From assembly GCF_009914755.1 (NCBI RefSeq), contig NC_060936.1: a DNA stretch of 64,000 nucleotides, one strand, 5' to 3'. Positions 28,691 through 44,468 of this stretch are shown here, piece by piece; position 1 is the stretch's first letter; every line of letters starts with the position of its first letter. Made by a program: the position numbers and the translations under genes. The DNA comes from the human T2T-CHM13v2.0 reference genome, Homo sapiens. Below the pieces are notes generated by a model. The model was not told the DNA's origin and ran no database searches. It worked only from the letters and a program-made list of their open reading frames with translations.

Positions 28691-29069
28691 AAGTGAAAAG
28701 CCACAGCCTGTAAGTACCTAGGAAATCCTGGGTTCTATCCCTAAAGGGCATCGCCCTTCCAAAAGTTCATTCACTATTTTCCCAAAGGGATTGCAAATCA
28801 GGAAGCTTCAACCATCCCCAATCCCTCACCCACCTGAGGGTATTAACAATAGCTAAAGACCATTGCTAGGCCCCCTGCCACCGTGGGTATAAGAGACTTC
28901 TCCTTTGCAGCCTGCCATTACTTATATAGAACATCCACGAAGACATTTCTGGTAGCTCCTAACAACTTTTTAGCAAGGGGCATCCCCCATTACTGTCCAA
29001 GCCCATCTCCAGAGTGTCACCATTTTGACTTCTTTCTCTGCCTTGCTATCTGCCCAACCCTATAACCTC

Positions 29070-29569
29070 AGTATTAGTCAAGAGTTTTCCAGAGAACAGA
29101 ACTAACAGGATATCTATCTATATGACGAGATTTATTCCAAGAATTGGCTCACAGGATTGTGGAGGCCAAGAAGTCCCACAGTCTCCCGCTCTGCTGTCTA
29201 TACACTGGAGAACCAGGAAAACAGGTGGTATAATTCAGGAAAGTCCAAAGCAGGGGAGGGGGCTCACTGCTAAGTCCCAGAGCCTGAAGGACGAAGAACC
29301 AGGAACTCCAATGATGTCCAAAGGCAGGTAAAATAGATGTCCCAGCTCATGAAGAAAGAGAATTTGCCTTCCTCCACTCTTTTGTTCTACTGGCCCCCAA
29401 GGGATTGGATGGTTCCCACCCATATTAATGAGGGTGATCTTCTTAGTCTACCAATTCAAATGCAAATCTCTTCCAGAAACACTCCACAGACATATCCAGA
29501 AATAATGTTTTACCAGCTATCTGGGTGTCCCTTAGACCACTCAAGTAGACACATAAAGTTAGCTATCAC
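29070..29569 (-). mobile_element. ERVL LTR (MLT2-like)
   Basis: gtattagtcaagagttttccagagaacagaac...gattggatggttcccaccca...caagtagacacataaagttagctatcac. Confidence 0.78.
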
Positions 29570-31233
29570 TCTTCCATCCAAATCTTCTCCCTCAAATACT
29601 TTGTCCAGGAAGGCTTCCCTGATCAATCCTCATCCCATGGCTGCACCTAACAGTCCATTCCCCCACCATTCCCCCATCCCAATATCTATGTCCAAATCTG
29701 TCCTATTCCTAGTTTTGTTCTTGTGCTCTATCTGGGTCTGGTTCTGTGTCCTGACTCTAAAACTTTCATTAGACTGGGAACCCCCTAAGGTTAGTTATCT
29801 TCTATATTCCTCCCACCCCACAATCTCCACACACCTTAGCACAGCCAAGGCTCTAATCACAGAAGCAAGGTCTCCCTGTGAGTGGTAGAAAAGGAGACCT
29901 ATAAACCCCAGAACAGGAAGAAGTGAGAGAAAAAGGATGCTATTCCCTTCCCAGGACTTGTCTGATCTCCTATCAACAAAAACTTAATGGGTGCAGTAGG
30001 AGCTTCAGGGAGCTGTGAGCAGTGACCTGCTGACATCAAGGGTGAGAAACTACCCTGACCCTTGCAAGACTTTGGAAATGGAATTAATCATCCACCTCAT
30101 GAAGCCCATAATTTCCTGAGCTTTAATTTTTACCAGATCCTCTCCCTCTCTGTGTCTCTCTCTGCCTATGTTATTTGCCCCTCTCTACTTATGTAAATTT
30201 ATCTCTATTTCTAGTCTCTTGTGTAGCTTTCTCTCTGTATCTGCAGGTCTCTGTCTCCCTCTGTGAACATCTCCCTGTTTCTGCTTCTTACCCTAGAATG
30301 ACTGGAATAAGAGAATCTGAGCTTCTAGAACAAGTTCCCCCATCTCTGTGTGTCTATGTATTTCTGTGTTTCTGACCAAAAATAAGGTGAAGGGACCTCA
30401 TTGTGGTGTCATCTCATTGCTTAAAAATTCCAGGATTTCCACCATCCCTTGGACAACCCTCCTGTCCACCCCGACCCCTCTGTCACTTGCTTGCCCAGCA
30501 CTTCTGTTCTAGTTTGTCATCTTGGCAGCCCCTCCACATTCAAAGTCTGCTTCTGGCAGAACAATAATGAGTGAAATGAGTAACAGGCAAGCAGAGATCC
30601 CCCAGGACCTCCACCTCCCCACCCCTGATTTCAATTTCCTAGAAGACTTGAATAACTGTTTCTGTCCCTATAAGCCCATCCACCCCAGGGAACCCAGAGA
30701 TAGGAAGTCCAGATATAAGGAGAAACTGAGGCTTAGGCAGCCCACAGTGAGTCCCTACAGCCAATGTCAGAGGGGCCTGGGGCCTTCTCTCTCTCTAGTC
30801 CATGCTATTCCTCCCCGCCCAGTGAGTCACTCCCAGGAAAGATGGAGGTGAGGCGCTCTCCTGAAGTAGGCGTGCTTAGAAACAGGGACCCTGAGGCTTT
30901 CAAGAGATAGAGCCCAAGAGATGAAACATGGGCTTGGGTGCAGCCCTTCCAACCAGTCTCTTCCATTTATTAGTCTTCATGTCTTCTGGGAAGTCTTCAG
31001 GAGGCTGCTGACTGTGATTTACGGGTAGAGCCTTGTGGGGCAGGAACAGAAGATGACCCAGGTTATCGCCTGGGTAAGAGCCTAGAGAGTTGAGTCACCG
31101 GTCCTGGGGCAGGGCTCCAGGCATACCCACCAGCCAGCCCCTCTGTCCTGAGCCCGGGAGGGAAGGGGTTAACCGGCTCACTTGTTTTTTTTTTTTTTTG
31201 TTTCCTCGGGCTGCTGGAGCTGTGTTGGGCCAT

Positions 31234-31251
31234 GAGCGCCATCTATCGGCC
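31234..31251 (-). promoter_or_regulatory. CTCF motif
   Basis: Reverse strand GGCCGATAGATGGCGCTC within a small CpG-retaining patch 2.7 kb upstream of the SMUG1 promoter. Confidence 0.55.
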
Positions 31252-31589
31252 TCTTTGGGTCCTAGCTCCGACTCTGCTCACTTGGGCTGCTAGGCGGATC
31301 TTTCAGCCTTTCCCTTGCCTCGCCGCTTCTCACGGGGAAGGGCTGTCTAGCTGCGGGGCCTCCCACTGCACAAAACAAAGGTCGGGAATTGGAGAAGGTG
31401 AAGGCCATGTTTCCCCCTTCATAGATACTAAGTTTCACCCTGTTCAGCTCCCACTCACTGTTTCTGACATGGGGAGCCCCAAAGGGGGTTCTGGTGTTTA
31501 ACTTTCAGTGTAGCCACCTTCCCCACTTCCACTACACTGGGTCCTGTCCCGATTAGCCCAACAAACATCAAAAGAGCATAGGACAGTGA

Positions 31590-31810
31590 AGACAGCATAG
31601 CAGAGGCCTCAGGACTTTGGGCTCTGGAATCAGACTGCTGCGTTTGAATCCAAGCTCTGCCACTTACTCATGGTGACCTTGGGCATGCTACTTAATTTCT
31701 CTGTGCCTCAGTTATCTCAGTTGTAAAATGGGATAATCATTGTAATCTCTATCTTCTTTTGTGATGTTTAAATGACTTAATTACATTAAGTGCTTATTAC
31801 AGAATTTGGG
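31590..31810 (-). mobile_element. MIR
   Basis: gctctggaatcagactg...ctctgccacttac...gtgaccttgggca...ctctgtgcctcagtt...gtaaaatggg. Confidence 0.8.
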
Positions 31811-32318
31811 CTCCACAAAGGGTAGTTATTGCTGTTGCTCTGCCAGGGTCTCAGGCAGATGATAGTCTGAGTACCCAAGACCCAGTCCATGAAGCCCTAT
31901 CAGACACACAAGCACGGAGGACAAGACTGGGGAGCTCATCCTGTAGATTTCCCAAAGACAGTGACCTGCATGCAGGGTTAGGTTTGGAGTTGGAAGTTCA
32001 GGATTGCAAGGAAAGTAACTCTTCAGGTCTCCAAGGTCAGCAGAAGTTGGGATAAGGAGGTCACAGCAAGAAAGAACCTGAAGTAAAGATGTAGGAAGGA
32101 AATGCATTAAGGAAGAAGCATTAACAGGCCCTTTAAAGGGCCCTGATTTGGGGAAGGGAAAAGGGCTCCTTGATGTGTGAGTTAAGCAAGGGCCACTGCA
32201 TCCCAAGGACATGTCCTTGGCACAGATGCAAAAGTCTCCAGACTTGATCAGATTCCCCATGCCTCCCCATTCCATCTGTGGGGACTTAACACTCCATGTC
32301 TTTTCCTCAGCCTAGTGA

Positions 32319-32692
<374 letters not shown>

Positions 32693-33773
32693 CTGATTTG
32701 TTTCTCAACAGGTTCAGCCATCTCGCTGTCTCTGTATCTTCTATATCTCTGCCTTCATCTACCTTACAAGAAATGGGATTATTCTCCAAGGGGTGAGAAT
32801 AAGGTGACAAAGTGACACCCTCTCAGTTAAGACAGAAATGCAGAGCCAGTGGGGTCCCTGGCTCAGCCTCGCTACCCTGCTACGCACACCTCAGCCCCAA
32901 GGCAGCACAACCTAGCTTTATGGATTATGCCTACTTAACTGGAGGAAGATGACAGCGTCTAGGTCTCCTCAACTCTGGTGTCCTCCATCTCCTGGGGCCT
33001 GGACGCCTGGGTCCCCAAGAGAGGAGCAGGAATAGGCTGGATGGGCTGATTTGCATCACTTACTTGGGAAGCAATTATCGGAGGAGCTGTCAGCTCAGTG
33101 CAGCTCTCTCCTCACTAATCGGATTTCACCAGAGCCCGGGGCTTGGGGGGGCCGAGTAATTTGGCTTGATGCAGTGGTGGGAGATGTCAGGGCCAGGAGG
33201 CCGGACAATCTGTCTGAGTGGTGTTAGAGTTGTCCAGAGCAATTATCCTGAGGGACCACACAGACATCAGATAGACAGACAGACAAGGGAATGGGACTGA
33301 TCCCCAAGTCCTTTAGCAGGAAGGATGGAAGTGAGACTTGGAGAATGGGAGGAGCATCTCCCACAGGTTGAACCAAATTGAGCAACTAGAAGAGGATCAA
33401 GATGAGTCTGAGAGAGTGGCCATGGGACCAAGTGGGAGGACGACCCAAGAATCCTAGCTTCCAGCCTACTCAACACCGAGGCCCAGCCCTGCCTTGCCCT
33501 GCACTCCCAGGGAACCAGTCACAGAGCAGGAACTTGAACCTAGGGTGATTCTTCTGAGCTCTGCTCCTTCCCCTGCAATGTTCCCAAAAGACAATTTCCT
33601 TGCCTCTGGCCCTGGCTCTGTCATTTGCCTTCTCTTGCTCCTGCAGCCCTCTTGAACCTGTCCTTTCCTTCCCACCCATACTGCCCCTCTCATCTCTCTG
33701 GTGATCCCTCTCTCTGTCTCTGTCCTCCATTCCACATCTTTCAGAATAGTGGTAAGGGTGATAGTGACAATAA

Positions 33774-34470
<697 letters not shown>

Positions 34471-37400
34471 CAAGGATGTTCTGATAGCAGGTTGAAAAGA
34501 GCACTGAACTTTCAAGGACATTTGGAGCTGGGAGTCTGCCACTTGCCAGCAGTGTGACCTTAGGAAGCTCATGACCTCTGTGAACCTTGGGCTAATCATT
34601 TCGTTCTTCACCTGGAAGAGAGGATGACAATGCCTACTTCACGGGACACATGATGCATCCTTGTCTTATCTGCTCTGAGTCTATCAGATAAGCTGTGGGG
34701 ATATGTCTGTTCTCTCCACCTTTCTACCTTACTGTTGAGCCTCTGCCTCTTTGACCCCCATTAATTCAGGCATGTAGCCCAGGAGTCCTACCACTCTGCT
34801 CCCTCACTGTCACTCACTGTCACTCAAGCATGTTGATTTTCCTGATGTTTCACCCTTTTCCAAGAAGTCCAGAGGACCAGCCCACGTTGGCCCCACCACT
34901 CCCTTAACAAGATTTGAGTTCTCCCTCTGAAAATATGAATAATAAAGAAACGAGGCACTAGGCCTAGAACTGAATGCAAATTGGCCCCAGTGCTCAATCC
35001 AAGAAAGAGAATGCTTGAGCTGTGGACCCAGAGAAATCCTATGCTTATTTGCATGTCATTTGCATTATATTTACATGTGATCAATTTCATGTTCAAATGC
35101 ACAATCCTCCCTCCCCAGTTTTCCTCCCCTAGAATCCTCTCAGCCTCTGCCCCCATCATTCCCCACAGCCCCTGACCCTCCTCTCCTAGCCCCTGCCACA
35201 ACCTTCCTCATCCTTCTCTTTCTTTCTGCCAGTCCCCAGCCCCTGGCTCCCCTGCTCTACAGGCAAGGACCCACTTGCCCAACACCCAGAATAGCGTCCT
35301 GGGGTCTCACCCCTTAGTTCAGGAGGGACATCCCTGCTTGCCCCCTCCCACCCTGAGCTGAGCAGGCGCAGCAGACAGCAAGCGCGCCTCTCAGCAAATC
35401 CCAGCCCCATTCAGCCTGGTGATTAATGGCGCTGCCCTCCCCATGAACCTGCCTTTAATACTGAGGAAGTTATGAAACCGCTATACATCAGCAGCTCCGG
35501 CCCCACTGCCCCCGCCCGCGTCCTCCTCCCCTCTAACCCCCACCCTCCAGCTCCCTCTTCAAAATCTCATCTGGGCTCCTGTCTCCTGGGCCCACCCCTC
35601 CTCTGGCCTTTGCTGGGGGGAGGAGGGTGTCTGTCCCTGCTGCCATCCCTGGTAAGGACCACATCTCATTTTCCCTTCCTCTCTCCCCCCTGCTCCGCCC
35701 TCTCTCCCTCCCCCCAACCCACGGCTGCATCTCCGGACCCATTTAGAATTGCTGACATTTTATCTGCATTACATACATCACTCCGTCCCCAGCAGCCATC
35801 TCTCATGGATTATCGGGGGGCGAGGGCGGGGTGGTCCTCAGCTTGGGGAAGTGACAGAGAAACAGGGTGGAGGTGCGGAGATAGATAGCACTTCCTCCAC
35901 ACGCTTTTTCCCTCAGGGCCCAATCCCCAGCCACCTGAGAGGCTGTGCAGGTGGGAGCCTAGGATAGCTGATGGCAAGGGTTGTACCCTAGCCGCCTCCT
36001 GCCAGTCACTGCTATCTCATAACATCAAAAGCCTTTTTCTCAGACCACACAGACTAAGGAAGGTCATGTTGCGTGTCTTCCTGCCATGGGACTCCTCCTC
36101 AGGACATTATGAAAGGGGTTGTTTAACGTCTTAGCAGGCCTTCTCTAATATTTTCCACACTGCCCTTTTAGGAAGTCTCTCTGAATGTCTAACCACTGTG
36201 CTCCATGCTGCAGCCATTATTGTCTTCTTGCTTTGTCCTTAGAAGGTTGAAGAGCAATATTGTTCCTCAAATGCGTTAAACCCTTTGTTAGGATGCCTGA
36301 GCAACCATAAATACAGTCACTTTTCCACACTCCTGAGGCTCATAAACATGATAGGAGGCAGAAAGTAGGGCCACCTTAGAAAGGAGGAAATTGAGACCCA
36401 AAATCAGGAGAAGGAAAAGCAAGAACCTGTCCAAGATCAGGAGGCAAGGACACAGGGGCCCCACGATCCCAGTGGGCAGTTTGCTCTCCATAGATAGTGG
36501 ACAGGCAGAGGGCAATGACAGACGGAGAATTCTGGACCAACAGATAGACAGCAGAAGGGAAAGAAAGGGGCAACCAGGAGGGAGACAGGCAAACAGACAA
36601 ACAAACAAAGAGCTAGACAGACAAAGGGACCGTCAGCCAGGGACAGGCAGACAGGCAAGAGAAAGCCGACAGAGGCGCTGGTACAGCATGTCCCAGGCTG
36701 GACACATGAGAAGGGCTCTCTCCGTCTGTCTCTGTCACTCAGGGTCTCTGCTGGAATGTGTCTCTCAGGGTCTCAGGCTCTTTTTGCTCACTGGGTTTGC
36801 ATCTATCTACTTCCCTGGAAATCTCTGTTTTTCTTGGGCCTCTCAACAGACTGTCCCTTACCTTGTGGTCTCCCCTGTCTAAGACCCCATCCCAGTCACT
36901 CCCTCTGTCTCAGGTCATCTTTCTGACCTGCTCTTCACTCTCCCTGTCAGAGAAATTCAGACGCTTCCTGCGGGCTTTGGGAAGCTTCCACAGGAACCGA
37001 GCCAGTCCTCCCGGGATGAATGGGAGGGGCGAGGGCTCTAGCAGGGGAGGGGTGGGGAAGGAATAGCTCTTGGGCCTGGAGAAGGGAAAGAGCTGATAGG
37101 CCTGTGTCCCCAAAATCTAGCAGGCTTAGCCAGTAAGGCAAGAAGAGCCCGGGCAGGGAAGGTAAAGGGTACAGGACCCTCTGTCCTGTGGCTCAAACCC
37201 ACACAAAACAGGCCTCAGGCAGTGGGTGCAGGGGTGTGAGTCACCTGCTGTTTGCATCTCATTTGCATGTTTCTGGCTCCCAGTTCAGTCTGGTCCCAAG
37301 AGGCTTGGGGGCAGGGAGGGGATCATGCACCAGAGTCCATGACTCTCACGTACCTCCTGACAGCACAAGGCGTGTTCCTGTCCTCTCCTACCTTAAAGCC

Positions 37401-37526
37401 AGCCTCAACCCCAAAAGTTGGCTGGACACATCATCCTCCAGACATGCCCTGCACTGTCCTGTCTCCAACTTTTGTCATGGTCCCCCGAGTCTTCCCCACT
37501 CCTCTCAATTTCGCTCAACATTAGCC

Positions 37527-38156
37527 ATTTTTTTTTTTTTTTTTTTTTTGAGACGGAGTTCCACTCTTGTCGCCCAGGCTGGAGTGCAATGGTATGATCT
37601 CGGCTCACTACATCCTCTGCCTCCTGGTTTCAAGCAATTCTCTGCCTCAGCCTCCCGAGTAGCTGGGATTACAGGCACCCACCACCACGCCCTGCTAATT
37701 TTTTGTATTTTTAGTAGAGATGGGGTTTCACCATCTTGGCCAGACTGATCTTGAACTCCTGACCTCGTGATCCACTTGCCTCGGCCTCCCAAAGTGCTGG
37801 GATTACAGGCGTGAGCCGCCGCGCCTGGCCTAGCCATCTTTTTCTTTTTTGTTTTTTTTGAGGTGGAGTCTCGCTCTGTTGCCCAGGCTGGAGTGCAGTG
37901 ATGCAATCTTGACTCACTGCAAGCTCCGCCTCCTGAGTTCACACCATTCTCCTGTCTCAGCCTCCCCAGTAGCTGGGACTACAGGCGCCCGCCACCACGC
38001 CTCGCTAACTTTTTTTTTTTTTTTTTTTTTGTATTTTTAGTACAGATGGGTTTTCACTGTGTTAGCCAGGATGGTCTCGATCTCCTGATCTCGTGATCCG
38101 CCCACCTCGGCCTCCCAAAGTGCTGGGATTTCAGGCATGAGCCACTGCGCCCGGCC
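37527..38156 (-). mobile_element. Two tandem antisense Alus (S-like ~37527-37830; Y-like ~37840-38156)
   Basis: Reverse-complement Alu consensus twice; tagccat is repeated at all three junctions. Confidence 0.9.
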
Positions 38157-39086
38157 GCAGACTAGCCATCATTTAAAGCCAGATACCAAGTCCTCCACTT
38201 CCATGAAGGCTTCTCTGATCACACAAACCCCAAGTGATCATAATCCTACAGCTCTCAATGCTGAAAGGCACCTAAAGAAATCAGGTCTGTCTTACCCATC
38301 TTCAGGAGATAAGGCTTCACCATCCCCGTTTTATAGATGAGGCAACCGAGGCCCAGGATCAGTTAATGTAGGTTTCCCAGAGCAGAATAGCCAGCAAGTA
38401 GGGAGGAGATGAAGGCCCAGGGCACACCTCTCCACACCCCCAGCTCCCACTGCCCCTTGTCATTCATTTAGCAGGGAGCAATGCCCTGTTCTGCACCACT
38501 CTCGCATGGCTAGTGAGCTGACCATTGGGCATCGTTGCTCCCCTTCTGGGTTGGGATTTCAGTCTCCCATGACTCCCTCGGCTTCAGCCATACAGAACTA
38601 CTGCCGGTTCCCTAAATTCTCCTTGCCCTTTCTTAGCAACATGTCTTTGCCTGTGGTAATCCCTCTGACAGGACTGCCTTTTTCTCCACCCACTGCTGAA
38701 CCTGGCAAACTCCAGCTCATCCCTTAAAACCCATCTCAACCATCACCTCCTCTGTGAAGCCTTTTCTGATGTTCTTCGTCAGATCCCAGCAACCTATTCA
38801 AACGTCTGAGGCAGCACTTGTCACACTGCTGCTGACACCGCAGCCTCCCTCCCTAGCCACAAGTCCTTCAAGGGCAAGGACCACCATGTGCTATTCAGCT
38901 GTCTCCCCAGGATACACACAAATACAGGCACACATTTAATTGAACCAGATTTTATTATCAACTTCCTTCCCATCCCAGGCCCACAGAACAGAAGCATCAG
39001 CCTAGTGGGGAGATCAGAAAGAAAGACTGAGAAGAAAACAACTCAGGAGATGATCGGGGGTACAGCACGTGCATTAGTGCTCTTGA

Positions 39087-39677
<591 letters not shown>

Positions 39678-40552
39678 TTAGTATCATTCCTGCCACCATG
39701 TTCCAATCTGGGAAATGGACACATCTCCCCTTCTCCAGGAACAAAGGAGTCTGGGCGGGAGCACCTGCTGTGCTGTGCTCCCCCCCCCCCAGAGGCCCTT
39801 TCACATCTGCCGTCTCCCAAAGCTCACCACAGCCCTGGGAAGTAGGATTTCTTATTCCACCCTTCCCTTCTGATGCGGGGATTGAGACAGAGCGGTCCGC
39901 CATGCGGCTCCAACAGGTAAGGTCTGACTCCAAAGGCCTGCTCTTCCCTTGACCCCAGGGTCCCCTCAGCATTGAAGACAGAAGAGGCAAATGACATTTC
40001 ATGTCCCACTTGGAAAGTCAAGGTGCAGAAAACAGAGGGGACCAGACTCCTTCATATCCTGCGCAGCGTCATCTCCTGCCGCAAGAAGCACCCCACCTGC
40101 CGCAAGAAGCACTCCACCCGCATGACTCAGTCTTTGCCCAGTAGGTTGATGATAACCTAAGAAGCTGAAGACCTCACAGGGGCTCTGAAAGCCAACTGAA
40201 GTAGATGCAGCAAACTGTTCCATCATGTCATCCTTCCCTCTGCCTTGGGTCACCAGCCAAGGGAGGGAGTGGCTCAGGTGTTTTCCTTTCCACCCCTTTG
40301 TAAGCCCCCACGCAGATCTCCTCCCCATCCCAGAAGCCCAAGGAGCCAGCAATATCTGTGGTTCCCTGAGGTTCGGAGAGACACAGTAGCAAATAACTGT
40401 ACCCAGGCCCCACTCCCCACTTCCAGGGATGTATAGCTTCGGGGTGTGGAGCACAGAGGACTTTTCCCAGAGCCTCACCCCAGATGAACAGCCAACTTCC
40501 CTTTGTTCAGCCTTCCTCAGATACTCAAACCCAGCAGCCCATGGCCTTCTCT

Positions 40553-40600
40553 GTCAGGAAGTCCTTCCTGATGTCTAACTTACATCTTTCCTGCTGCTGT
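40553..40600 (-). mobile_element. L3/CR1 LINE remnant (ORF2 C-terminal segment)
   Basis: The reverse strand translates QQERCKLDIRKDFLT, resembling the CR1 ORF2 end QQGRFRLDIRKNFFT. Confidence 0.65.
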
Positions 40601-41300
40601 CTATCCAGCCCTTAGCAGTGACAGGAGAGCAGTCTGAGCTCTAATGATCAGGGAATGGGGACAAGAACAAGTACTTCCCTTCAAGCCTTGGGTAGGGGAG
40701 TAGTAAGCAAAGAAAGAAGAGTGGCTCACTCAGCCTCATCTCTCCCGGCCTGTAGCAGTAGAAATGGAGGGTAGACAACTGGAAGGACTTCCTAGCCAAG
40801 CAAAGGGAGGTACTTCTGGAATAGGATTATAAAGTGCAAAGGCTGCGCCCTTTCTGATGGCCTCCCAGCCTGGCAGAGACCCTTCAGTGGCAGCTTCAGA
40901 AGGATAACCGGCACTTCCAGAAAAGCTCAGGGTGCTGGGATTACTGGGAACCCTTGCAGCTCCAGCAAAAAGAAAAACCTGGTCCTGGAGCCCCCTTGTG
41001 GCCGTGCAGAGGCAGGACAGGCAGTTCCACCTCCCACCACCACACCCGTGCTTAGAGCTGGGGCCCAGGGTTGCTGATGCAGAGGACAGGGAACCCAGGG
41101 CCCCACCTTCTGTGAGAGGCCAAATCGGCAGCCCCAGCCCCGAGGGCACCTGATCAGGAAGGAGTAGGGCCCAGAAGGAGCACTGGAAGAGGACACAGGC
41201 TAACCCCATTCTGTTCCTAATCTGCCGCTCTCCATCTGGTGACCCTGGGCACACCTCCCCACAGAGCCTCAGTGACCTCATTCATTAAAAGGAAGAAAAA

Positions 41301-42735
<1,435 letters not shown>

Positions 42736-44130
42736 AGATGTGGAGAGAGGGGTCAGGAACTGACCCGCTACAGAATAATTCTGGACCTGCAATGGAGGGT
42801 GCAGATGGGACTGATGGGTTCTGCCCATCTAGAAACCCACCACTCCAGAGCTCCTGGAGGGAGGCAGACTAGGAGCCCTTAGAAGGAAGAGCCAAAAGGT
42901 CCCCAACACAGCCCTTCAATCCTCCACCAGTGCCTACTTTCAGAAGGTTGGGCCTGGTTGGTAAGGGCCCATTTAGCCAGATAGTGGACAGCAGATCTGG
43001 CCTGGGGCCTGAGGGCATTCAGTGCAACATCAGGGAAGCCTCAGGTGTCGGCATGCCTACTTCATAGTGTCAGTGGCTCTCCCAAGCTTGTGCACTCACC
43101 AACTCATCCCACCTACCAGCTGACCCCAGGGCCAGAGGCAGGATAGAGACCAGAGGGGCCTTCTGGAGTTCTGGGGCAAGGGCTGAGGCAAAGGCACACC
43201 GAGACCCCCAGGTATGCCTTCACCCCATGCACAGCCACACACACGGCTGGCTCCACAGATGGACCCAGCACACCCTCAGATCTCCCACACACAGACCCTC
43301 CAAGCATCCCATCCTGAGAAGATGAGGGACGGTTGGAGTGGATGGTAAGGCCACAGGGCCCAGAGCAGGGACAATGGTCAAGGCCAGGGCAGGAGGGTGC
43401 CCCAACCCATCCTTCAGCATCAGTGTGGCCCTGAGGAGCCCATGATCTCTGAGCCCCTGGCAGCACTCATGAAGAGGTCAGGGGATGGGCACAAAGTCAC
43501 CCTAGCAGGGGTTTGTGGGCATGTGTAAAGGGGGGACCAGGAAGAAGAAGAGGATTATAAGCCTGGAGAGAGACCAGTCTTTCCCCTTGGATCCACACCC
43601 TTATTCAGAACTACTCACTTAGGCTATTTGGAAGTTTTTCCAGGCATCTAGCCTCAATCCTTCCTGCTGGAATTGGAGAGGATTTCTCTCTGGGAATTAA
43701 TTACTCTGGCTTTTTACCTCTGTTATAAACCAAACAAAGAATTCTGAAGAGGGAAGAAGGGCAAAAACTGGTGATAGATGAGAAGAAGGGAGCAGGAGGC
43801 CAGGGGAGCCAGGAACAGCAGTGACAGTCAGAGGCAATGTCTGCAGCGCTCTCTCCTCCCCACCTACAAGGGGAGATCAGGGAATATGGACTTTCCTTGG
43901 AGAAGAAACTTGGGACAGATGACAGGGAGGACTTCTCAGAAAATAGTTGATAAGCACCTTCTCTGGAGATTAGAGGGAGAGAGAAGAGAGGAAGAGGTAG
44001 GTAAGAGCGCAGGAGATGGAAAAAGAAAGTGTCTTGTCCATCAAGAGAAGAGAAACCAACGCAGAGAAAGTGGAGGAAAACGCTATAGACCTGCAGTGGT
44101 GGGGACCTAAGATTTTAAAAGTTTAGGATT

Positions 44131-44468
44131 GGTCGGGTGCGGTCGGTGGCTCACACCTGTAATCCCAGCATTTTGGGAGGCCAAGGTGGGTGGATCACCT
44201 GAGGTCAGGAGTTTGAGACCAGCCTGGCCAACATGGGGAATCCCTGTCTCTACTAAAAATACAAAAATTAGCTGGGCGTGGTGGCAGGCACCTGCAATCC
44301 CAGCTACTCAGGAGGCTGAGGCAGGAGAATGGCTTGAACCTGGGAGGCAGAAGTTGCAGTGAGCAGAGATCACACCATTGTACTCCAGGCTAGGTGACAA
44401 GTGCAAAACTCCATCTCAAAAAATAAAAATAAATAAATAAATGAAAATAAAAAATAAATAAATAAAAA
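44131..44468 (+). mobile_element. Alu (AluSx-like)
   Basis: Full Alu with a (TAAA)n tail. Confidence 0.92.

Noticed and set aside
32127-32142. Perfect 16-bp palindrome GGCCCTTTAAAGGGCC (another, TTTAAAGGCCTTTAAA, at 7750-7765)
   Set aside because: About one such palindrome is expected by chance in 64 kb.
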